DNA of 64,000 bases from the NCBI RefSeq assembly GCF_018350175.1, contig NC_058373.1:106828001-106892000 (forward strand). The letters run 5' to 3'. This stretch comes from Felis catus (lineage: Eukaryota). Each line of letters opens with the position of its first letter. Within the stretch, counting starts at the first letter, position 1. The notes beneath the pieces are model-generated. The model was not told the origin of the DNA. It did no database searches and saw only the letters and a program-made list of their open reading frames with translations. A program made the translations under genes and the position numbers. This document shows positions 13,026-23,296 of this stretch, one piece after another.

Positions 13026-13649
13026 TGATAAGGGTCTTTTTCGAAAAATAAAATCTGACCTAACCGCCCAAGGCTAAAGTCCTCCCCGAGGCTTACAATG
13101 TCTTTGACAATTCAGTCTCATACTTTTCATTCCTGGTATCTAATTGCCTCTTCACACTTAGCTTCCAATCCAGTTAAGACAGTCATGCCCATCTCAAAAC
13201 TTTCCCCTCTGAAAAGTCCCCTCCAAATGCAAATCCAACCTATCCTTCAAGGAGTAGCCCTATTGTGACTCTAGGAGCCAGAGAAAAATTCCCATTTAAA
13301 TCGGTTTAACAAAATAGAGAATTCATTGCCTCTAGAAACTAAACAATCCAGAGGAGGGGCTATCTTTGTACATGCCCCTAGAAGCTCTAAACTCTCATCA
13401 TTCTTCCTGCTAACAATCATAGAGGAACAGGATGGCTTTCCTCTAAGGACTCCCAAACAAATCCTAGGATTTACTCCAATTTGTCCACGTAGGTCATGTG
13501 TCCAACCCTTCACCAGATTCTGGGGTCAAATAAAGGAATTATACTGTGAGGAAGAAGCAGTTCCTTCTTAAGAAATGTGCATTGTTACCAGAATATGGAA
13601 GAGATAGAAGCCCAATTCCAGAGTCCAGTTCCAATTTCATTGCTAGAGT

Positions 13650-14110
13650 AGTGGAATGTTAAAGATGGAAGGAACTGTAAAGATTATTTGATTCAACACC
13701 TTCCTTTTACATATGTGAAAATTTGAAATTCAAAAAAGATGAAATGACTTGCCTAAGTTGCACTTGGTGGCATAGCATCAGAGCCAAGACTGAAACCCTG
13801 GGTTCTGATTCCCCAGGCCAGAGGGTCCTTGTATAACCTGATGTCTTAATAGATGCCAAGATTATATTTTAAACTGTAGTTTCATGTTATAAAAAACAGC
13901 AAAACTTGGAGTCACATGGGATTCACATTCTATCCACTCACTTGCTCTATGAATTTGGACAAGTGACTTAACCTTTCTGAGCTTCCATTTCTCATCTGTG
14001 AAATACAGTAATGACAGCTACCTTGAAGGAATATTGTCGGGATTCAATTAGATACTGCAGAGATAAAGATTCTAGCAAAAAAGGAAGTGCCCAATAAATG
14101 GTAGTCATTT
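13650..14110. mobile_element. Two MIR remnants in opposite orientations
   Basis: aatgacttgcctaag...gagccaagactgaaacc, and ttggacaagtgacttaacctttctgagcttccatttctcatctgtgaaat. Confidence 0.65.
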
Positions 14111-16049
14111 TTTTTATCTCTTGCTATGTTTAATGGGATTTGACACATACTGTGTTTTTTATTTTGAACTTGGTGTTTGACTAACAATTCTTTCCATAGG
14201 TGTGGGGGTTGTGATTTACGTCTTCTAGAGCATTTTATACAGTCAGTGAAAGTTCTTGCCCTTAACGGCCTTCAGACAAATATTAATAACCAAAAAGGAT
14301 GTATCTAATCCAAGTTAGATAGAATTACAAGGAGCATATCATGGACTTTTAAACACCCTTTTGTAACATTGCTTTTGGGAATCTAGGCGTAGGAAGCAGA
14401 AATTTTATTTGTTATCAGTTCCATTCCATAAAATACAGTTTCTGTATTTTAGCTTTTGCTTTTGAATTCAGGCAGGACTGACATGTGATGATGACTTTCG
14501 TGATGACAATCCAAATAGTCTAACTGCCTTTAAGGCAATGTTTATGGGTACATAACCCAGATATGATACACATGACTCACCAGGCCATATAAATCACTGG
14601 TATTTTATATCAGGCCAAGATTTTTTTTTGGCATCCCATGTTTCAAGTACTCACATTGTTCCCTTTAACCTTTCCATGCTTTTGTTGTGATTGACAACAC
14701 AAAAGAGTTTTGTATGTCTTGCCTACTTGGATAAAGGTCAGTAATTCTACTGACCCCTCCCCTGGACACGTACATGTGGCTCTTTAAAACTAAAGATTCA
14801 TTCACATATTTTATTAAATATTTATTTCAAGAACTTATGATTTCCATAAAATATAATTTAAATAACAAATTATTTCTAACAGGTATTTCTAATAGAACGG
14901 ATATGACATATATCAGAGTCTGGTAAATTGGAGGTTTGCGCTACGTTACATCAACTATTATTTGCATCCTTTTCCATGTTTAATGGATTTGACACATAGG
15001 ATCTTCATCTGTACTTAGTTTGGAATGATGGATTATTTTCCCAGTAGTAGATGCTTATGATTTATACCATCTAGTGCACAGGCTGAATTTGGCACTATAG
15101 GCAGAAATTGTTGTTTGGTCATCAATGCGGAGACTACAGATTCTACAATTGTAATATAATAGCCGTAATAATTTTTATTATGAAATATTTCTTGAGTATC
15201 TATAATGTACAAGTTATAAGATCATTAAACGTAAAATTAGTCATGATCCTTTTCCAAGGGCCTATTCTAGGTTTACTTTGAAAACTACCTACATATGACC
15301 ATTAAATTAAAGGAAGAAAACTCGTAGTAAATAAGATTAAACATGTGAAGTGTTTGTATTTCTTTCATTGGTCCATGAGCAAGACTGAAACTAGGTATGG
15401 CTATGGAAGAAGTAGAATTCATCTTTAATTTTATTGAGGTCTTTACCAAATTCCTTTGTAAATTTCTTTTCCCCTATCCCACTAATGCATGTCCATGGAA
15501 CTTGCTTCCCAAGTATTAAAATTTGACTTTTCAAAAGATCTAAAAACTTTCATATTAAGATGTAAATGTCCACCATAGGTAAGGACACCTAAACTATCAT
15601 TCTCACTGGGTAGCACAAGGTATAAATAACTAGTCAAATTTTAGTCTTCAGCCTTCAGATGTGTGTTGGGAGAGTATCAAGGGGAGAGAGAGAGGGTAAT
15701 GAGGTTCTTGGAGAATATTTTTGAGGGCACTAAGTATTCACCTGAAATTGAACCACTTAAATGGGTGTCTGTCTTACCTACTCTTAATTTGGCCTTTCCT
15801 ACAAGGTACTTCTTGCAACATTTCACTATACTTACCAAGAAAGGTTACATGATGAGTCATTGGCAAAAATATCTAAGTATAGTTCTCAGAAAATGAAAAC
15901 ATAAGCTCCAGTAACAAGAGCTCTCTAAAAGACCATATTCCTATCACCAAAATGTAATCATTCTATGCCATTTAAAGCTGAAACTAATTTCACTTCCTCT
16001 TTAAGGATTTATGAAACTGACATGAAAGGATTTTTCTACTTCCACTTTT

Positions 16050-16665
16050 GCTTTTCTAAAATCTCTTCTCCATATTGCAACCAGAGCAAAACGCAAATCA
16101 GATCACATCATCCCCCTGCATAAAAACCTCCAGCGGTTTTCCATCACACTTAAAATAAAATCAAAATCCTTAACTGTGGCCTATAGGTACCCTGACTACA
16201 TAGCACTCTTTCCCGCCTTGACTGTGCCCCAGACATCCCTGAGTTCTGTCTGTTCCTTGACATGTCAAGATCACCCCCACCCCAGGGCCTTTGCTCTTGC
16301 TTGGGTCTTCCCTTAGATTTTTACATGGTGGCTTCCTCTGTGATTCAGGCCTGCCCAGCTGCCACCTCCTCTAACAGGATTTCTTTCACCAATTAGTATA
16401 AAGTAACTTCTCCTTTGCCCCCTCTCCCATACTACTTGCCTACATCATACTTTGCTCCACATCCATTATTTATTCCTCTGTAATGATCTTGTTTGTTTTC
16501 TATTAATCCCAAGTAAGGTCTAAGAAAACTGCCCCTCCTCTTCACCATAAGGTCCCTCTAGGTGGGTGCCTGGGGGTTCAGTCGAAAAAAAAAAAAAAGA
16601 TCCCTAGCCTCTAGAGCAGTAGCTGGCATTTTCAAGGTACTCAATATCTATTGATTAAATAAAAT
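16050..16665 (+). mobile_element. L2 LINE 3' remnant
   Basis: aaatcagatcacatca.ccccctgc.taaaaacctcca...cacttaaaataaaatc...cagggcctttgc...tactcaatatctattgattaaat. Confidence 0.65.
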
Positions 16666-16705
16666 GCATGGTGACTCAAGTCTATAGTATAAAAATTACA
16701 AATAC

Positions 16706-16783
16706 TATAACATATATGTTATATATACTATATATATATATATACATATAGTTTTATATATATAACATATAGTTATATAGTTT

Positions 16784-16820
<37 letters not shown>
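16706..16820. repeat. Compound (TA)n/(CA)n microsatellite
   Basis: Direct reading of the sequence. Confidence 0.9.
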
Positions 16821-16821
<1 letters not shown>

Positions 16822-17511
16822 AAATCTAGGGTTTGGAGTCAGTCTTTTAAAGCAATATAAGAAGAACAATCCAGGGTTTAGGTTCAGAACCAAATGGTTA
16901 CCTCTGGTATAGATGACATGAAGTGAAACTCACATAAAAAGGGTCAGCAGTGGTGGGATTGGCAGAACACTCCAGCAGGCCTCAGTAAGCCAAAGGGCTA
17001 GAAGTCAAAACAACCTTCAAGAGAATAGTTTTAGCCCTGCAAGGGACAAGTCTATATGAACCTAAATAGGCCTATGGAAGAGATAAAATATTGCACAGCA
17101 GGTGTCAAATCATTTACAATGTATTATTATTAAAAATATCACATTATGTGCTTTAAAGTAACAGTTACATTTTCTTGTGTGTCTGCACACCATGGTATCA
17201 GGCAATGTGGTAGGTTCTTCCTGTGCAAGATCTCATCTGTTTCTGCAAGGCGATTATTCCATGTCCTGATGAAGAAACCAAGGCTAAGAGAGGTTAATAA
17301 CTTGTCCACAAGATAGAGCAGAGATAGGCTTTGGGATATCCTCTTTGGCTCTAATATGTTTAAAGTATTTAAAAATGATTGTTTTGAATATCTTCAAAAT
17401 GAATAAATATGCTCTCCTCCTCCACAGTTTTCATCATGGCCTGTTGGGTCATACCCAGCCTGATCTCACACTTATGGATCTGTCTGGCCTCTACCATAGA
17501 CTCTAGAGTTT

Positions 17512-17518
17512 TCTCTCC

Positions 17519-17564
<46 letters not shown>

Positions 17565-17700
17565 GTATGTCTCTCTCTATCTCTATCTCTATCTATCTCT
17601 TTTTTTTTTTTCAGGCACAGAGCCTGACGTGAGGCTAGAACTCACAAACTGCGAGATCATGACCTAAGCCAAAGTTGAGACTGAGCCACCCAGGCACCCC
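17512..17700 (-). mobile_element. Truncated CanSINE with an adjoining (CT)n tract
   Basis: Only the 5' ~90 nt of the SINE is present, then a T run and a CT microsatellite. TSD ctag(a/g)gttttc. Confidence 0.75.
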
Positions 17701-19185
17701 TAGGGTTTTCAGTCTCTGATGCTAATCTGAATTCTTCCTTCTATGGGCTGCTTCTCTACAAAGACGCCTCTGCCATGTTTGTACCAATAACAGGTTGAGG
17801 ATGTTCTGCAAGGACCCCCTGAGTGGGGGTTAAAGGCCGTTATGCTGGCTTTTATCTTATTAAGTGGGTTTTGTAAATAATAAGCCAAAAAGAAAGGAGA
17901 GAGTCTTCCACGAAGGGAAGAGAGAAGTTTTCCTTGAATGGAAAGAGCAGGAGAATGGAATTGGTGACAGTTGGAAGCAAAACTCTAAGAAAAGTTATGA
18001 TTTTATATGGAGCATGAGAAATATTTTGCTGTGTAACATGCTGTGTAATTCCTCTCCTAAGACATCTTCAGTAAGGACACCGTTTTGGGACTGGTTCTTT
18101 TTTCTTGGTTGGGAAACTGCAGTAGAAAGGGCCTAAAGAAGGGAGAAAGTCATCCCAAGAAGGCCCAATCAGTTTCTGGAACAGAAAAAGCAGGGACTTT
18201 GGACTCAGATGGTCCTAGGTCTGCAAAAGAGCTCTTTTTCTCAGCTTTAGTTTCCTCTTCTGTAAAATGAGAGGTGGGAGGAAAGGGGAAGTAACTTTTT
18301 TGCAAAGTTATTGTAAGAATTAAATAACATCCATAGGGGCCTGATATGGAGCTTGGCATATTCTAGGCCACATTCATTCCCTTCCCCTTCTATTGAATTA
18401 TAATTGTCTTCTCCGTAGTTCCTAAGAATTGGCTCTAGCTCTACTCTGCAGAACACGAAGACATTCTATTACCTTCATGATAGAAGCTCTTCATGTGATA
18501 TCTTCATGTGATAAAGCTCTAGTTTGTCTAGAGCTTTCAAGAAAAGGCATATCAACATCTCTATATCAATCCCTCTCAAGCTTTAAATGACTTAACTTTT
18601 CAATTACTGCTTTTACTACTCAATTAGAAACACTTTTATGAAACAAGAGATGAAAAATGAATCAACATACTGAACAAATCCTTCAACTATTAAAGAATAA
18701 GATAAGTATACATCTCATCTTGTAGCTTTTCTAAAGGCAAAGGATGTATTTTGGTAGCAAGCACCTTATTAAGTACTTACTAGGTGTCAGGGATGTCCAG
18801 GTCTTCTGCAGTATTGAGCTGCTCTTAACTACAAATAACTGAATACAAAAATAAGAGTGGCTTAAACAATGAGAAATATTTATTATCCATCCCTGTCCCC
18901 AAATAGATTCCCAAGGTAGGCAATTGCAGGGAGAGCTCAATGGCTCAACAATGTGCAGGACCCAACCTTTGTCATCATTCACCTCCTCCGTGTTACACTG
19001 GTTCTTTGCAAGATGGCTCAGAAGTTCCAGGTTCAGACATAAACGTAACAGCTTATGGTTGAAGAAGGCATTTTCTCTTGGGTGACTCTTATCGTTAGGG
19101 AGAGTAATCTTTCCCAGACCCATCTCCCAAGCCTTTTCCCTGGGTTCCGTTGGTTAGAATTACATCACATACCCATGCCTTAAGC

Positions 19186-19334
19186 CAGTGCTTCCCAATT
19201 TTTTCACATGATGACACAAATAAGAAAGATAATGGTTTGTTTGTTTGTTTTAATGTTTTACTTATTTTTTTTATTTTTTTAATGTTTATTTTAGAGAGAG
19301 AGAGACAGAGACAGAGTGTGAGTAGGGGAGGGGC

Positions 19335-19369
<35 letters not shown>

Positions 19370-19688
19370 ATCTGAAGCAGGCTCCAGGTTCTGAGCTGTC
19401 AGTGCAGAGCCCAATACAGGGCTCAAGGTCACAAACCGTGAGATCATGACCTGAGCCGAAGTCGGACACTTAACCTACTGAGCCACCCAGGTGCCCTGGA
19501 AGATTATGGTTTTTATGACATACAGGGGTACCTGAGTGAGGTTGCTTGTGGCCAGACAAGACAGTCTCAGGTTTCAGTAGTTGACCCCTACTGGAATATT
19601 CCAAAGGCATAAGGGATCAATACTATGTCACATCTCTAACCCATTCAAGACATACCAGCGTGTGCTGGCACATAGATTGGGACACTGT
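19186..19688. mobile_element. hAT-Charlie-like MITE containing a CanSINE (~19232-19497, minus strand)
   Basis: Imperfect TIRs cagtgcttcccaa / ttgggacactg. The SINE TSD is approximately gaagat(a/t)atggttt. Confidence 0.6.
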
Positions 19689-19832
19689 GCTCTAGACTAC
19701 AAGAGAGACTGAGAGAGCATTATCCATATACTAACTGTAGTGGGAGAAGGATCTACCAGTGAGAAGGAAAAAGGACATGGTGGTCAAGGGTGCCTCATCT
19801 ATTCTAAATCTTACAATACAATGAGAAGAAGT

Positions 19833-20158
19833 GTACTTGACCTTTGAACAACATAGGATTGAACTGCGCGTGTCCACTTTTTCGAAGAATTTTTACAGTA
19901 CAGTACTATAAATGTATTTCCCCTTCCTTACGATTTTCTTACTAACATTTTCTTTTCTCTGGCTTATTGTAATGATACAGTATATAATATACATAATATA
20001 CAAAATATGTGTTAATATGTGTTTTGTGTTATTGGTAAGGCTTCTGATCAACTGTAGGCTATTAGTTGAGTTTTTGGTGAATCAAAAGTTATAGGCAGAT
20101 TCTCAACTGTACAAGGGGTCAGCATCCCTAAATCCCTGCCATGTCCAAGGGGGTTGAA
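19833..20158 (+). mobile_element. Tigger2a-like TcMar MITE
   Basis: ttgacctttgaacaacataggattgaactgcgcgtgtccact...aatacagtatataatatacataatatacaaaatatgtgttaat...tcaaaagttata matches the recalled Tigger2a consensus. Confidence 0.8.
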
Positions 20159-20249
20159 CATGGAGAATGAAATTGAGGCTAATAATTTAAATGACTTGCT
20201 TAAGGTCACAGAGCCAGTAAGTGGCCCAGTTGGCACAATGGATGAGAAC

Positions 20250-21130
20250 CAGTGGAATGCTGGTAAATGTGTAACAATCAGCTTTTCCAAATGTAGTTCT
20301 GACATGCCTGTTGGTTAATATTTAAGATAAAACTGAAACAGCAAACGTGTATGCTTTGTCAATGATCTGAGTAGCTCTAGTACAGAACTGGATGTTGTGT
20401 ACCAGTCACCATGTAACAGCTATAGACATAATATGCTTTGTATTTGTATTTATTTATTTATTATTTATTATTTATTATTTATTTAGTTACTGAGTGAGAG
20501 AGAGAATGCTCCCACACACAATCAGGGGAGGGACAGAGGGAGACCCTTAAGAGAGAACCTTAAGAGTGTTCTACTCCCAGCTCAGAGCCCCACATGGAGC
20601 TCAATCTCACAATCCATGAGATCATGACCTGAGCTGAAATCAAGAGCCAGACACTTAACCAAGTGAGCTGCCCAGGTACCCACAACATGCTTTTTAAAGT
20701 TTAATCTGCATTGACAGTTTCTCTGTCACTTAAGTCTAGACAATCAACAAAGTGATAAGTTAAGTCCTGAATGGTGGCACTTGCTGATTTCTATGGTGTA
20801 AATACTCCTTTCATAGCCAATTTCAAGCCACTGAAGTGAAGTCACTGAATAGAGCAGTGAGAAGAGATGTGCAATAACACATTACAGAGAATTTTCACCA
20901 CACAGACACAAGACAGGTAACCTCAAGAGCACAGATAATAATAAGCTATATTAAAATAATTTGGAAGTGGTGAGTTTTTAATACACATTATCTTTGCTTA
21001 AATTTTATTTACTTTGAAGTTTTATATAATTTAATTTTTAATAATGGCTTTATTTAACAAACTACTGGCAAACTCCTTGAAAATCTAAGTGTGCTCTCAA
21101 TGCTAGTATAAGCCAGCTCCACACACCGTT
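20250..21130. mobile_element. MER63-like hAT DNA transposon remnant containing a CanSINE (~20440-20681, minus strand)
   Basis: Ends cagtggaatgctggtaaatgt.taacaa.c.gct and agccagctccacacaccg resemble MER63 termini. Confidence 0.6.
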
Positions 21131-21486
21131 GTTGACTCTAAGCCCATACAGTTTCTGCTGAGTCTCCTTGCTGCCTTTATTACTGGCATGTAAAAGCTAG
21201 AGATGATCTGTAGGATGCAGGGGAAAATCTGGGTACCAGCCGTTACTTCTGGTGCCCCTGGATTGCTGCTACTGGACACTTCATTTTCTCCTCTGGAAAG
21301 GATGAGAACAACAGTCCTTGCCCTGCCTACCCACAAGGGATGTTGTGAGCATTAAACTGGTTGGTCTAAGTGAGAGTGCTTTGAAAACGGCAGAGCCAGA
21401 CACAGAAAAAAGTCTTTATTATGATTATCATTTCATCACTGGTGTTCAACCAGGCCACCACCAGTAAGGATACAAAATGGAGGGGG

Positions 21487-21666
21487 GGGGCACCTTGGTG
21501 GCTCAGATGGTTAAGCATCTGACTCTTAATTTTGGCTTAGGTCATGATCTCATGGTTTGTGAGTTCAAACCCCCACATCAGCCTCTCTGCTGACAGTGTA
21601 GAGATCCTGCTCGGGATTCTCTCTGCTCGCTTGTGTGTTCTCTCAAAAATAAACATGAAAAAAAGA
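21487..21666 (+). mobile_element. CanSINE
   Basis: Head, body and A tail. TSD aaggat(a/g)caaaatg. Confidence 0.85.
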
Positions 21667-22264
21667 AAGGATGCAAAATGTGTTGCAGCTTTCAAAGATA
21701 TGGTTTGAGATCTTCTGTAATGCCTACCATAGACAGTAAACCCAGAAAAACTGTTTTTGAGAAGTCCAAATTTTTGCTAGTCTTCACTTACTGAGAGTAG
21801 CTATCTATATTGGGAGAAAAGAGATTCTTTTTACTCATTTCTAGCTGTTGTTGGATTGTCTGAGGGGATCTCTCCCTGGGGTTATAGAATGCTTCTTATT
21901 TTTAATTATTGAATAGAGATCTTTTGATTTTGTAATTTTGATTTTTCAAGCTGCTTTCCTTTTGGGGCCACACAAATTCACTAAGTTATTTTGTATGGAT
22001 CATGCCCCTCTGTTGAAGGTGGTTTCTACGTGAATTTGATTAAGTATCCCAAATATCCCAAGTTGAAATTCTAAACTTGATTGCCTTTATAAAAAATGTA
22101 TACCTTACGCTTGCTGAACTTCTCTTTGGCCTGTAGACAACTTTTCTGCCAGAGTCTTCCCACATCAGGCCCTTTGCCTATGCTGACCCCTCTGCCAAGA
22201 AAGCTTTCCCCTGATTCTTTGCAAAGTCAACTCCTCCTCATCCTTTAGCTCAAATGCTACCTTC

Positions 22265-22489
22265 TTTTTTTTTTAATTTTTTTTTTCAACGTTTATTTAT
22301 TTTTGGGACAGAGAGAGACAGAGCATGAACGGGGGAGGGGCAGAGAGAGAGGGAGACACAGAATCGGAAACAGGCTCCAGGCTCTGAGCCATCAGCCCAG
22401 AGCCCGACGCGGGGCTCGAACTCCCGGACCGTGAGATCGTGACCTGGCTGAAGTCGGACGCTTAACCGACTGCGCCACCCCGGTGCCCC
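22265..22489 (-). mobile_element. Young felid CanSINE (SINEC_Fc-type) inside an L2 remnant
   Basis: CpG-rich and near-identical to copies at 33619, 37754, 57918 and 61885. TSD ctcaaatgctac(c/t)ttctt. Confidence 0.93.
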
Positions 22490-23004
22490 TCAAATGCTAC
22501 TTTCTTACAAAAAGTCTTCTCTGAACACCTGTTTCAAATCATCTCTCCAATCTGTTTTCTTCATAGCACTGATCACAATCTTAATTTCCTTATTTGTTTG
22601 CTTTTGTGTCTATATTCCTGATTATAATATCAGATCTTTGAGGGCTAGGACTTTGCCCATTCATATCCTTATCTACTTCCAGCCTAGCATACCATAACTA
22701 TCTGTTGAACAAATGAATTTGTCTGAAAGGATCCACACCAATGTTGTGGAGCTGTGGCCATATACAGTTCTCTTGAGGTGATAGCCTCCTCTAAAGACTC
22801 TCCAAGCCTTGGCCTGTGGTGTTCATGGCGGCCTGCACTTCCCTCAAAAGGCCTAGGAGGAGTCACAGTGGCAACACAAGACTGCTGGCTCGAGTCTGCT
22901 CCACCCTAATGGAGCTGCCTCAGTGATGTCACACAGGGCAGGATTCTCTAATCCTTCTCATTCTGTGACAGTCCTTTAAAGACCTAAGTGTTTCATGACT
23001 TGAC

Positions 23005-23296
23005 ATGGTGCAAGGGGAGGGGGACGATGGAGAAAATAGGACCAGGGTGGGGGGTACACCCCCCACCAACAAAATTAGTTTAGGGGCACTATCCACTGAT
23101 TTGTACTGCTTCAGGAGAAAGTGCGTAGCAGAGGCTGTAATTTGGGCTAAGATAAGAAAAAGTGAGAAGAAAAGAATGGGGAAAAGAAGGGCAAAGGAGA
23201 TCAAAAAAGAACAGAAGAAAGGGAGAAGAGTGATGAGAAAAGAGAGAAGAGGAAGACATATGAAGAGGATATATGTGAGAAAGAAACGCGGAACAG
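23005..23296 (+). CDS. PPM1A: Putative alternative first coding exon of PPM1A encoding a Lys/Arg-rich N-terminal extension
   Basis: The ORF starts at an ATG in strong context (gacATGg) and runs to a donor ACAG|gtaatg after 97 codons + 1 nt. Phase 1 joins exon 2 in frame as D-L-E-Y-Q-D-I-M(58236). The peptide resembles the N-terminus of the long human PPM1A isoform (recalled). Confidence 0.65.

Noticed and set aside
14380..14560. Minus-strand fragment ITKVIITCQSCLNSK resembling an integrase zinc-finger CxxC
   Set aside because: It is surrounded by stops, with no correctly spaced His pair or DDE motif. The evidence is too weak to call.
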